From the NCBI GenBank assembly GCA_963737655.1, contig CAVTTN010000002.1, positions 1,696,001-1,760,000 of the forward strand: a stretch of DNA of 64,000 nucleotides. Direction: 5' to 3'. Below the pieces are notes generated by a model. It had not been told where the DNA came from. It worked only from the letters and a program-made list of their open reading frames with translations, and ran no database searches. Below are positions 49,160 through 58,905 of this stretch, one piece after another. This DNA comes from an uncultured Planctomycetota bacterium (GTDB taxonomy: Bacteria; Planctomycetota; Planctomycetia; Isosphaerales; Isosphaeraceae). The position numbers were made by a program, and so were the translations under genes. Numbering within the stretch: position 1 is the stretch's first letter; every line of letters begins with the position of its first letter.

Positions 49160-51949
49160 ATGGAAGGGTTCCTGAGCCTGGGGCTGGCCAATGCCGTGAC
49201 CGCCGCGGTCCTCGCGCCGGTGGCGGCCGTCGTGGGACGAGCCTCGAGACGGCCGGCGCTGGCCCACGCGTTGTGGCTGATCGTCGTGCTGAAGCTGATC
49301 ACGCCGCCCCTGGTGGGCGTCCCGGTCGTCCCGGCCGAGGCGGCGGTCCCGGACGCGGTCGCCGGGCCGGTCGCCTCGGCGCCGCCCTCCGTCGCGGAGG
49401 AGGCCGAGGCGGCGGTCTCGTTCTCGGTCGTGGGGCAGGTGGATCCGAAGGCCGTCGCGACGCTCGAACCGATCGCCGAGCCGCCTTTCCGGCCGTCGTG
49501 GCGGACGATCGTGGGCGCGACCTGGGTCTCGGGGTCGGCCGCGTGGTTGGCCCTGGCCCTGTGGAGGATCGCCCGGTTCCGCCGCGTCCTGATGAGGGCC
49601 GATCCGGCCGATCCGTCGCTGGTCGAGTGGGTCGGATCGCTCTCGGGGAGGCTGGGGCTGGGCCGTCCCCCGGAGGTCCGGATGGTCCCGGGGCGGGTCT
49701 CGCCGATGGTCCTGGCCCTGGGCGGCCGTCCGCGACTGGTGATCCCCTCGGACCTGTGGAAGAGGCTGGACGGGTCGCAGAGGGAGGCCCTCCTTGTTCA
49801 TGAACTGGCGCATTTGAAGAGGAAGGACCACTGGGTCCGCGCCGTCGAATTGGTGGCCACGGGGCTGTTCTGGTGGAACCCGGTGCTGTGGTGGGCCCGT
49901 CGCGGATTGCACCGGGCCGAGGAGGAGTGCTGCGACCTGTGGGTCGTCTGGGCCCTGCCGGAGTCGGCCCGGACGTATGCTTCGGCCCTGGTCGAGGCGA
50001 TCGAGTTCCTGAGCGCGGGCCGTCCGGGCTTGCCGGTGGGGGCGAGCGGGATGGGCGCGGTGGCGGACCTTTCCAGGAGGATTGGCATGATCATGCGAGG
50101 AACGACGCCGAAGGGGCTTTCCAGGCTCGGGCTCGTCGGGACGATCGGCCTGGCGGCCCTGGTCCTGCCGCTGATGCCCACCAGGGCCCAGGCCCCGAAG
50201 GGGGAGGACCAGCCGGAGAAGACCGCCCCGATCGAGGCCCCCAGGGCCGAGAAAACGGCCCCCGAGAAACCGGCCGACGAGCCGCCGATGGACCGCCTGA
50301 GGTTCCTCAAGGCGCAGGTTGAGAGGGCCAAGGCGGTGGTGGCCCGGAACGCCCGGCTCAAGCAGGCCGGCACCCTCAGCGACGCCGAGATGCAGGCGGC
50401 CGAGGCCGAGCGCGACAAGGCCGAGCTCGACCTGGCCGAGTACCAGCTCGAACAGAAGCGCGCCGAATCCAATCGCCGGAGCGACCTGGAACGGGCCGAG
50501 GACCGGCTGAAGTGGTCCGAGGAGATGCACGCCAAGGGCTACGTCTCCCGGGCCCAGCTCGTCGCCGATCGCCTGGCGGTCGCGAAGCTCCGACGGGACG
50601 CCGGGGATGGCCGTGACCTCGAATCGCTCCGCAACGAGGCCGAATTGCTGGAGGCCCAGGCCCGGCTGAAGGAGGCGGGGCTGAACAAGGCCCGGGCCCA
50701 GAGGTCGCTGGCCACGGCCGAGCTCGCCCGCCTCAACAGGCTGAAATCGAAGGGCCCCGGCTTCGTCTCGACGATCGAGTCGGACAAGGCCAAGGCCGAG
50801 TTGGAGATCGCCGACGCGGGGATCGCGGAGGCCCAGGGCGAGCTCGACATCGCCCGGGTGAAGCTGGACCAGGCCCGGCGGTGGCTCAAGCAGGCCGAGG
50901 ACGACGCGAAGGGCGGGAGCAAGCCCGTCCCGGCGCCGTCCTCGACCTCGCCGAAGGCCCAGAACCTCAAGAGGATCGGCCTGGCCCTCCACAACTTCCA
51001 AAGCGCCCGGGGCCACTTCCCCGGCGCCTCCAGCAACCCCGAGATCCCGGGAGGCCCCCCCGTGAGCTGGCGGGTCGCGATCCTGCCGTTCCTGGAAGAG
51101 GACGGGGCCAACGAGTTGTACAAATCCTACAATTTCGATGAGCCGTGGGACGCCCCACGCAACCAGGCCCTGATCGCCAAAATGCCCCGGGCCTTCCGGC
51201 TCGATCCGGGCAAGCCGGGGACGACCCGGGCGTTGGCCCTGGTCGGCCCGGGGACCGGCCTGGACGGCCCGGGGTCGAAGCTCGACGAATTCGCCGACGG
51301 CCCGAGGAACACCCTGCTCGTGGTCGAGGCGAAGACGCCCGTGGAATGGACCCGGCCCGAGGACCTCTCCGCCCCCGGGCCCGGGGCCGTGGACGCCCTG
51401 GGAGGCACCGACGCCGGGTTCGTCGCCCTGTTCGCCGATGGGACGGTCCGGCTCCTGAAGAAGCCCCCGGACCGCGTCTTCCGCGCCCTGGCCTCGATTG
51501 CCGGCGGGGAAGTCCTGGAGGAGAAGTCTTACGGCCGGGACTCGGACCCGAAGGCCGAGGCCTCCGATCAAGCCCCGGGCGCCCGAGGCGGCATGGTCGG
51601 GATGATGCAGATGATGGCCGGAGGAGCGGCCAGGGCCGACGACCGCCCCGACGCCGAGCGACGGCTCTCCGAGGTCGAGGAGAAGCTGGAGCGATTGCTC
51701 CGGGAGAAGGAACAGAAGCCGCCGGGCGGAGGCTCGGTGAACGTGGGATTGCTCGTCCGCCTGATCGACTCCCCGGGCAAGGCCGACGAGCAGGCCGTCC
51801 GCGACCTCTTCGCGATCGTCGATCGGCCGATCTCCGACGCCGAGCTGAAGGACGCCGTGGGGGCCCTGAAGGATCGCAAGCCCGAGGAGCGCCGCGAGGT
51901 GCTGGAAATGCTGGCGAAACGGCTCCTCGGAGACGCCCGGAAGCCGTGA
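49160..51949 (+). CDS. M56 (BlaR1-like) metallopeptidase with coiled coil and DUF1559-like domain
   Basis: LWL..LKL..PP, HELAHLKRKD, WWNP, EECCD; NLKRIGLALHNF..SWRVAILPFLE. Confidence 0.9.
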   Translation: MEGFLSLGLANAVTAAVLAPVAAVVGRASRRPALAHALWLIVVLKLITPPLVGVPVVPAEAAVPDAVAGPVASAPPSVAEEAEAAVSFSVVGQVDPKAVATLEPIAEPPFRPSWRTIVGATWVSGSAAWLALALWRIARFRRVLMRADPADPSLVEWVGSLSGRLGLGRPPEVRMVPGRVSPMVLALGGRPRLVIPSDLWKRLDGSQREALLVHELAHLKRKDHWVRAVELVATGLFWWNPVLWWARRGLHRAEEECCDLWVVWALPESARTYASALVEAIEFLSAGRPGLPVGASGMGAVADLSRRIGMIMRGTTPKGLSRLGLVGTIGLAALVLPLMPTRAQAPKGEDQPEKTAPIEAPRAEKTAPEKPADEPPMDRLRFLKAQVERAKAVVARNARLKQAGTLSDAEMQAAEAERDKAELDLAEYQLEQKRAESNRRSDLERAEDRLKWSEEMHAKGYVSRAQLVADRLAVAKLRRDAGDGRDLESLRNEAELLEAQARLKEAGLNKARAQRSLATAELARLNRLKSKGPGFVSTIESDKAKAELEIADAGIAEAQGELDIARVKLDQARRWLKQAEDDAKGGSKPVPAPSSTSPKAQNLKRIGLALHNFQSARGHFPGASSNPEIPGGPPVSWRVAILPFLEEDGANELYKSYNFDEPWDAPRNQALIAKMPRAFRLDPGKPGTTRALALVGPGTGLDGPGSKLDEFADGPRNTLLVVEAKTPVEWTRPEDLSAPGPGAVDALGGTDAGFVALFADGTVRLLKKPPDRVFRALASIAGGEVLEEKSYGRDSDPKAEASDQAPGARGGMVGMMQMMAGGAARADDRPDAERRLSEVEEKLERLLREKEQKPPGGGSVNVGLLVRLIDSPGKADEQAVRDLFAIVDRPISDAELKDAVGALKDRKPEERREVLEMLAKRLLGDARKP

Positions 51950-51972
51950 ACCGTGCCGCGCCGCCTTGATTC

Positions 51973-52010
51973 CGGGTGGCATGCCCACGAAGACGTGGGC
52001 ATGCCACCCG
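51973..52010. repeat. Perfect 17-bp stem hairpin (REP-like or terminator)
   Basis: CGGGTGGCATGCCCACG-AAGA-CGTGGGCATGCCACCCG. Confidence 0.75.
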
Positions 52011-52109
52011 AAGACTCGCCGATCCCGCGACTTTCCCCGTCTGGAAGGGGGAGAGGCCGGTGTGCTAGACTGGATCGATCCGGGATGACCGATCGATTCA
52101 GGAGGCGTC

Positions 52110-52863
52110 ATGCGCAACGGTGATCCCGAGCCGCCGGGTTCGGGCCCGCAGGCGGTCGTGGCGGGTCGCGACCCGTCGGGGCGAGGCCCGGCCCCTCCCA
52201 ATCCGGGCTGGGTCCTGGAGACGACCGTCAGCCCGTTCCACTGCCTGTATCAGGACGCGCTGGACTTCCACAAGCAGAGTCATCTGAGGATGGGCCGATC
52301 GGAGGCCGAGGCCAGCCGCCTGGCCCGGGCGGCGTTGGTCCTCTATCTCGGGGCGGCCGAGGCGCTGATCCACCAGGCGTCGGCCGAGCTCGCCCGTCCG
52401 GATCTCGCCGATTTGCTCTGCGACCCGTCCCACCCGGTCGATCTCGAGACGGCGTGGAGGCTCCTGCCGGTGATCGTCGGCGAGGGGCCGGTCGGCGGGT
52501 TCGACCCGGCGTGCCCGCCCTGGCCGCAGCTCGGCGAGCTCCTGGCGCTGCGAACTTCGTGGGCGTTCCCCGGCCCGGCCTCGGAGCGTCGGGCGTATTA
52601 CTGCTCGCCGAACAAGGATGGCTCGTATCGAGCCCCTCGAACCGCATCAGGTGCCTCTGGGCGTGGAAATCCGGGCCGATCGGCTGGTCCTGCCCCGGAC
52701 CGGCCTCCCCCTGGACCCCTACGCCCTGAGGCCCCGGCACCTGGACACCGCCCGGAGCATCCTCGATCAGGCCATCGAGCAACTCGACAAGCGCCTCGGA
52801 GGCGCCCTGACCCGAGACGGCCGACACCGCAAGGAGCCGGTCCGCGTCGTCTCCTCGCCGTGA
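52110..52863 (+). CDS. Hypothetical protein, frameshift near 52630
   Basis: RBS AGGAGG; continues in the 52618-52863 frame (LPRTGLPLDPYALRP). Confidence 0.7.
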
Positions 52864-52883
52864 TCGCTCGATTGATCGAGCGA

Positions 52884-53393
52884 TCACGCGGCGCGCTGGG
52901 CGTCGGTCTCGCGGAGGACCATCGCGCAAAGCGTGGCGATGGCGACGAGGACCGTCATGTAGTAGGCCAGCAACGGCTCTCGCTGGACGGTCGGCGGGGC
53001 GGCGATCGGGACGGTCTTCTTCCGGGGGATCGGCCGGGAGCCGAGCAGGTCGTCGAGGACCAGCGGCGTGAGCAGGGGTTTCCCGGTGAAGGGACCGCGA
53101 GCGGCCTCGGCCCGGCGGAGCAGGAGGCGGACCTTGGCCGGCGGATACGTCGTGCGCATCCGGCCGATCCCCTGGATCACCCGACGGTCGGCCAGGGCCC
53201 GATTCAACGAGCCGAGCCGGGCGAACGGGTGATCGGGCCGGGTTCTGATCAGCCATCGGGACAGAGGCCCCGCCCACTCGGCCCCGACCAGTGCCCCTTC
53301 GGCGACGGCCAGGGTGAGCAACACGTCGCGACGGCCCCGCCGCCCCTCTCGGTGGGCGATCCAGGCGAGTTTCAGGTCGTCCTCGGCCGTCAT
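52884..53393 (-). CDS. Hypothetical protein with C-terminal TM
   Basis: RBS GGAGG; 169 aa. Confidence 0.7.
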   Translation of the reverse strand: MTAEDDLKLAWIAHREGRRGRRDVLLTLAVAEGALVGAEWAGPLSRWLIRTRPDHPFARLGSLNRALADRRVIQGIGRMRTTYPPAKVRLLLRRAEAARGPFTGKPLLTPLVLDDLLGSRPIPRKKTVPIAAPPTVQREPLLAYYMTVLVAIATLCAMVLRETDAQRAA

Positions 53394-53597
53394 GGGGCCT
53401 CCGATCGCCTCGGGCTCGGGTCTTCCGGAGCGGTCTCGCCCCCATAATCCTCAAGATCGGCATCCGGGGCGGTCCGGATTTGGGGTTTTCGGCCCCGGGG
53501 CGGCCTCGTATGTTGGCTCGTCGCGGGGTCGGGGCCGATTTCGAAGGGTCCGAAGTCGATCACCCCTCGGCCGAGGCCCGCCCGGGACTTCCCTCCG

Positions 53598-54746
53598 ATG
53601 CGCATCCTGATGGTCACCTCGTTCCCCGTCCCCGGCGAGTTCGACGGCACCGCGATGCTCCCGATCAAGATCGTCCGGGCCCTGAAGGCCCGAGGGCATG
53701 AGGTCGTCCTCGCCCACCTGAAGGCCCGGAGGCCCTGGGGCAAGCCCTCGCGAGGCGACTTCGAGGGCGTCCCGCAGTTCACCCTGCCCCCGCCGTCGTG
53801 GGTCTCGGGCCTGCGAAGAATCCGCCGCGAATTCCCCTTCGAACTCGTCCACGCCCAGCATTACGGAGGGGCCACCCGGGCCTATTTCGCCTGCCGGATC
53901 GGCCGGTGGCCGATGGTTTATGAGATCCATTCCTTGCTGGGGGACGAGGTCGAGCGCGACCGCCTCGGCCGGGGGATGGCGTTCCGCGGCTATCGCGCCC
54001 TGGAGCGCCGGGTCTGCCGCCACGCCGCCGCCGTGATCGCCCTGGGAGAGCCGGTCAAGACGGTCGTGGTCGAGGAAAAAGGCGTCCCCGCCGACCGGGT
54101 GACGGTGATCTATCCCGGGATCGACCTGGCCGAATACGACGGCCCGTCCGAACCGGCGGAGATCCCCGGGGTCGGCCCCGAGCATCAGGTGATCATGTAC
54201 GTCGGAAGCATCGTCCACCCGAACCAGGGGGTGCCGATCCTGATCGACGCCCTGCCCAGGATCTTCGCCGCCAGGCCCGAGGCCCGATGCGTCCTCGTGG
54301 GAGGCCCGGCCGACGCGGGCGAGGCCTACCGCCGCCAGCTCGGCGAGTTCGGCGACCGCCTGATCGTCCTGACCGGCCGATCCCCCGGGGAGGTCGTCTC
54401 GCTGACCCGCCGGGCGGACGTCCTGGTCCACCCCCGGCTCGCCTGCCGGGAGAATTACTCCGTTCAAAGCAAGATCGCGGTCTACCTCGCCGCCGGGAGG
54501 CCGATCGTCGCGACCGACTTCGGCGACTACCAGAAGCTCCTGGGCGAGACCGGCGCCGGCCTCCTGACCGAAGTGGCCCCAGCCCCCCTGGCCGACGGAA
54601 TCCTCAAGGTCCTCAACAACCCCCAGCTCGCCGAAAACCTCGCCAACGCCACCCGCCCCGTGGCCGAGGAGTACTTCGGGATGGATCGCAACATCGACCG
54701 CTACCTGGACGTCTACCGCAAGGCCCTGGCCGACGGCCCAAGATGA
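53598..54746 (+). CDS. GT4 glycosyltransferase
   Basis: VYEIH, VIYPGID, MYVG, ADVLVHP, K..YLAAGRPIVATD. Confidence 0.92.
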   Translation: MRILMVTSFPVPGEFDGTAMLPIKIVRALKARGHEVVLAHLKARRPWGKPSRGDFEGVPQFTLPPPSWVSGLRRIRREFPFELVHAQHYGGATRAYFACRIGRWPMVYEIHSLLGDEVERDRLGRGMAFRGYRALERRVCRHAAAVIALGEPVKTVVVEEKGVPADRVTVIYPGIDLAEYDGPSEPAEIPGVGPEHQVIMYVGSIVHPNQGVPILIDALPRIFAARPEARCVLVGGPADAGEAYRRQLGEFGDRLIVLTGRSPGEVVSLTRRADVLVHPRLACRENYSVQSKIAVYLAAGRPIVATDFGDYQKLLGETGAGLLTEVAPAPLADGILKVLNNPQLAENLANATRPVAEEYFGMDRNIDRYLDVYRKALADGPR

Positions 54747-54816
54747 ACAGACGACCATTGACCGAGCCGGACCAGCAGGCTAAAGTCAACAAACGATCGA
54801 CGAAAGGGGGACGGCG

Positions 54817-55040
54817 ATGGCCGAAGGCACAATCAGCCTGCCCGAAGCGCTCCTAAAATTCGCCCGAGAGCAAGCGGCCCGCAACGGGATGGGCGGCCCC
54901 GAAGACGACGTCGCCAGCCTGATCGACCAGGCCCGGCGCGAGGCCGCGAGAGAGCATCGGGAAGGCCTTTTGCTGGAAGGCTTGAACTCGGGTCCGGCCA
55001 TCGAGATGACTGCCGAGGATTGGGAAGCGGAAAAGAAGCG
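54817..55040 (+). pseudogene. ParD-like (RHH) antitoxin truncated by a palindromic element
   Basis: ISLPEAL..LLLEGLNSGP.IEMT.EDWE; frame runs into the IR element without a normal end. Confidence 0.65.
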
Positions 55041-55111
55041 GAAAAGGGGTCAGGAGCCGATTTTGAATCCCGGCAGGCGGGTCTGGAATCGGCTCCTGAC
55101 CCCTTTTCCGC
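55038..55111. repeat. MITE-like element with perfect 25-bp IR
   Basis: GCGGAAAAGGGGTCAGGAGCCGATT / AATCGGCTCCTGACCCCTTTTCCGC. Confidence 0.85.
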
Positions 55112-55127
55112 CCCTCGCGGCGGGGCT

Positions 55128-55838
55128 TTACGACTTCGCCCCGTCCCCGCGACGGGCCCCTGTCCGGTTCGACCAGCGGCGGCCGAGGGCGCATACGCCT
55201 CCCACGAGGCACAGGGCGAGCGTCGAGGGTTCGGGGACCGACAGGGGCTCCAGGTCGACGTTGTCCAGGCCGGCGAAGGCCGTCGGGGAGGGGGTGCCGT
55301 TGCGGAAGGTGATCGAGGTGCTCGTCCCCGTGGCGACGAACGTGGTCGTGAACTGCTCCCAGTTCACATGACCGGCGGTGATGTTGGAGTTGGTGTAGGC
55401 GACGCTCGAGCCGCCGTCGATGCTCAGGTCAATGGTCGCGGGCGCTGCATAGTAGCTATTCGTCCCCTCCGCCCGGCCCACATAGAACGAGAGCTGATAC
55501 GTCGTGCCGATCGTCGTGGCCACAGACTGGGTCACGCCGTCGGTCGACCCGGTGTTGCCGCTCCCGGTGATGTCCAGCGAGTTCGACCCCTCCTCGGCGT
55601 TGAACGAGGCGATGCCGTTGCCGGGCTCGCCGTACTGGGTCTGGATCAAAAGGACGTCGTTGCCCAGGACCGTCCAGGCGGAGCCGATCACCTCGCCGCC
55701 CGTGTAATCTTTCAGGCCGCCGCTGCTCAGGGACGGATTCTCGAAGCCGCCGTCGGCGATCAGGTCGGCGAAGGCCGAGCCCGCCCCGACGATCCAGGAC
55801 GCGGCGAGGACGGCCGCCGAGAGGACGAATGGACGCAT
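55128..55838 (-). CDS. PEP-CTERM protein with DUF642-like carbohydrate-binding fold
   Basis: Signal peptide; LIADGGFENP, Q..AT..GTTYQLSF, LDNV; VPEPSTLAL. Confidence 0.9.
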   Translation of the reverse strand: MRPFVLSAAVLAASWIVGAGSAFADLIADGGFENPSLSSGGLKDYTGGEVIGSAWTVLGNDVLLIQTQYGEPGNGIASFNAEEGSNSLDITGSGNTGSTDGVTQSVATTIGTTYQLSFYVGRAEGTNSYYAAPATIDLSIDGGSSVAYTNSNITAGHVNWEQFTTTFVATGTSTSITFRNGTPSPTAFAGLDNVDLEPLSVPEPSTLALCLVGGVCALGRRWSNRTGARRGDGAKS

Positions 55839-56140
55839 GAGTCGAATTCTCCATGTCGGGCGCGGAGGGTCCTCCGTCGGGATCATTCGGATCCCGGAGG
55901 GCCCCTTCATGTCATCGGGATTCGACCCAACGCCGATCCCGGTGCCCACCCGCATGCGTCGCGGATCGGCGAATCATCGATTAATACGAGTGGCAAGCAT
56001 AAATATTTCCGCTCCGAATACAATCGATGTGTTTTTTTGCAACGAAGGCGCGAGGAGTCGCCTCCCCCGCGGCGGGACCGGATGGCCGAGCAAGAGTCGC
56101 GGGCTCATGAGTCCGGCTTGGTGGTCACGTCGGATTTCCC

Positions 56141-56310
56141 TCGTTCCCACGCGGAGCGTGGGAACGAGTTGTTGAGCAAGCACCAATCTGGAATCATGAG
56201 CCGAGTCGCGTCCCGAGGTGAAACGGGGGCAGAAAAGGGGTCAGGCGAGGAACAGCGGTCAGGCAAGGAAAAGGGGTCGGAAAGGGGTCAGGACTTCCTG
56301 ACCCCTTTCC
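56141..56310. repeat. Cluster of palindromes and AAAAGGGGTCAGG tandem copies
   Basis: TCGTTCCCACGC-GGA-GCGTGGGAACGA; four GGTC(A)GG units ending in CCTGACCCCTTT. Confidence 0.65.
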
Positions 56311-56451
56311 GACCTTTGAGCGACAAGTAAAAACATTTTAGTATATTGTTTTATGAATTTGTGGAAATTCGCAATCGGCCGGCGGCCGGGTCCGCTCTTG
56401 GTGATTGGTATTCGCGAGAGCGGACCCGGGGCGAAGGCCCGGCGATCGGCC

Positions 56452-57647
56452 TTATTTCTTCTCCTGGGCGGTGGGCTTGATCGTCTTGCGGAGCTCCTCG
56501 ACGGCCTTGTTCAGGGCCTGGACCTGGGCGTTCAGCTCGTCGAGCTTCCTGGCGACGTCGGGCGAGGCGGTGAGGTTCGGGAGGAAGTCGAAGACCCCCG
56601 AGGTCGTCTGGGCCGGGCCGTCCAGGTTCACGATGGTGTGACCCTGGGGGGCGTTCAGGTAGAGGCGATCGACGTTGGTGTTCAGGGTTCTCATCAGGTC
56701 GACGTTGCCGTCGCGGTCGATGTCGCCGTACAGGTAGATCAGGCCTCGCCCGTTGTTCGTCGCGGCCTGGGGCTCGGGCTTTCTCGCCTCGGGGGTGATC
56801 GGCACCGTCCTCCTCTGGCCCCCCCGGATCAAGTCGAGCTGCGTCGGCTTGCCGCCGATCTCCTGGACCCGGGTCCTCAGGGCCTCGACGCTGGGCAGGA
56901 GGCTCCCGCCGAGGCTCACGAGGACGTCGAACTTCATGACCCCGGCTCGGCTGGCCGGGCTGTCCTCGACGACGTCGCCGACGACCAGGCCCGTGTCCTC
57001 GTTCAGGCCGAGATGGGCCTTGAGCGTGGCGTCGGCCGGGTTCACGGGGGTGCCGAGGTAGAACTCGGCCTTCGCCTCCTCGGGCGCGGGGGCGAGGAAG
57101 ACCTTGACCTCGGGCCGGACGGCCAGACTCATCGGCTTGCCGCCCCGGAGCAGGGCCAGGGGGGCGAGCCTGGCGTGGACCGGCTGCTTTTGAGCCTCGT
57201 GGAACGCCTGCAAGGCCGTCGCGAGGTCTTCGGGCCTGGCCAGAGGGGTCTCGGCGAGCGTCAAGAGGATGTCATTGACCTGGAGGCCGACCCGGGCCGC
57301 CGGTCCTCCGGGGACGACCTCGGCGACGACCAGCCCGCGCCCTCGGGCAGCGCGAGCTGGGCCCGGACCGCCGGATCGGCCGGGACGAGCGTCGCCCCCA
57401 CGCCGTCGGTCGTCCCGCCGACGTTCCACACTCGCCAGCCCGTCGGCTGGGCCCAGTTGACGAACGACCCGTCCTGGGCGGCCGTGTTGGCGCCGAGGAT
57501 GTCCCAGGTCTGAATCACGCCGTTGCGGTCGGCCGTGGCCCGGATCGTGGCCTGGGGCGTCTTCGCGTCCTTCGCCTCCTGGGCCGACGCCCCTCCGCCG
57601 ATCAGGGCGAGCAGGGCCAGGGCGCGGAGTCCTCGGTTCGTCGTCAT
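56452..57647 (-). CDS. Secreted tandem-PDZ protein, frameshift near 57340
   Basis: Signal peptide; GATLVPAD..LVVAEVVPGGPAARVGLQVNDI and YLG..DSPASRAG..DVL. Confidence 0.8.
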
Positions 57648-57678
57648 GCGATCGCTTCCTTTCCGAAAAAGACCTTCG

Positions 57679-58227
57679 TTACAATGCCCGGTTCCCCACG
57701 AACCGGAGCCGTTTTTCCTCGATCGGGACGGCGACCCGGCGGCCGGAGGGGGTCCGGGCCGGGACGAGCACGGTCCGGCGGTCGATCCGGTAGCCCTGGC
57801 GTTCCAGGGAGCCGACGAGATAGCTCGGCGCCGCCGGAGGAGGCAGGTGGACCGCCACCGCGGGCGGTCTCGGGACGTTCAGGCGGGCCTCGGGCGGCGA
57901 GGGGCGGCGGAGAGGAGGCGACGGCTCCCGCCGGGGGGCCGCCGACATCCCCAGCGCGAACACCAGGGCGACCGCCGCGGCCCGACTGACGACGGAGAGG
58001 AACCGCCGCGATCGCCTCGGGGCGATCGGGGCCGACCGGGCCGCCGGGCGAGCCGCCGAGCCGAGCGCGGACTGCCATTCCCGGGCTTCGAGGAACGCCA
58101 GGGCGCACCGCCTCCAGCCGTCGGGCGAGGCGTCCAGCCTCCGGAGCAAGGCCCGTCGGCCTTCGTCGTCGAGTTCGCCGTCCACGAGGCGATCGATCAG
58201 GGCATCGTCGGAATCGAGGGGGATCAT
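57679..58227 (-). CDS. Putative anti-sigma factor
   Basis: IDRLVDGELD..WRRCALAFLEA followed by a TM; coupled to the ECF gene. Confidence 0.75.
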   Translation of the reverse strand: MIPLDSDDALIDRLVDGELDDEGRRALLRRLDASPDGWRRCALAFLEAREWQSALGSAARPAARSAPIAPRRSRRFLSVVSRAAAVALVFALGMSAAPRREPSPPLRRPSPPEARLNVPRPPAVAVHLPPPAAPSYLVGSLERQGYRIDRRTVLVPARTPSGRRVAVPIEEKRLRFVGNRAL

Positions 58228-58760
58228 TCGGTCACCTCGATGGCGGAGGAGCCCGCGAGCTCGGCCCGGAGCCTGGTCCGGGCCCGGTGGAGGCGGGCCT
58301 CGACGGCCGACGGCGAGAGCCCGAGGCGGTCGGCGAGGTCGCGATAGGTCCAGTCCTCGGCATACTTGAGCATCAGGATCTCGGCATCGCGACGGGGCAG
58401 CCGGAGCAGGGCCCGGCGGACGGCCTCGGCCCTCTCGTCGCGGAGGAGCCAGGCCAGGGGGTCGGCGTCCCGGTCGGGGGACGGGCGATTCTCGGCGTAC
58501 CGGGCCTCGATCCTCGCCTTGCGGCCTCGCCCTCGGCGGTAGAGCAGCGCCTGGCGGACGGCCAGCCGATGGAGCCAGGCCGGCAGCTTCGCGCGGTCGA
58601 GCAGCGGGGCCTTGCCCGCCACGACGGCCAGGGCGACCTCCTGCAAGACCTCCTCGGCCGCCGGTCCCGGCCCGACCCTCGCCACGACCGCCACGCGGAG
58701 CAGCCGGTCATGCTCGGCCAGGGCCGAGGGCCAGTCGATCGGGGGGGGCGTCGTGCTCAT
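58224..58760 (-). CDS. ECF RNA polymerase sigma factor
   Basis: AEEVLQEV, WLHRLA, YRDLA..AVEARLHRAR. Confidence 0.9.
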   Translation of the reverse strand: MSTTPPPIDWPSALAEHDRLLRVAVVARVGPGPAAEEVLQEVALAVVAGKAPLLDRAKLPAWLHRLAVRQALLYRRGRGRKARIEARYAENRPSPDRDADPLAWLLRDERAEAVRRALLRLPRRDAEILMLKYAEDWTYRDLADRLGLSPSAVEARLHRARTRLRAELAGSSAIEVTE

Positions 58761-58905
58761 CGCGACAGGATAGTTGCCGCCGAGGCGAAAACCTTGCGGC
58801 ATCCCCCGAATTTTTTCATCCCGGGCCGACGGCTTCCGAACCGGGCGGGCCGCGGGTATGATCCTCGCAACCGCCGCTCGGCTCGGATCTTCGGGGGAAC
58901 GCTCC

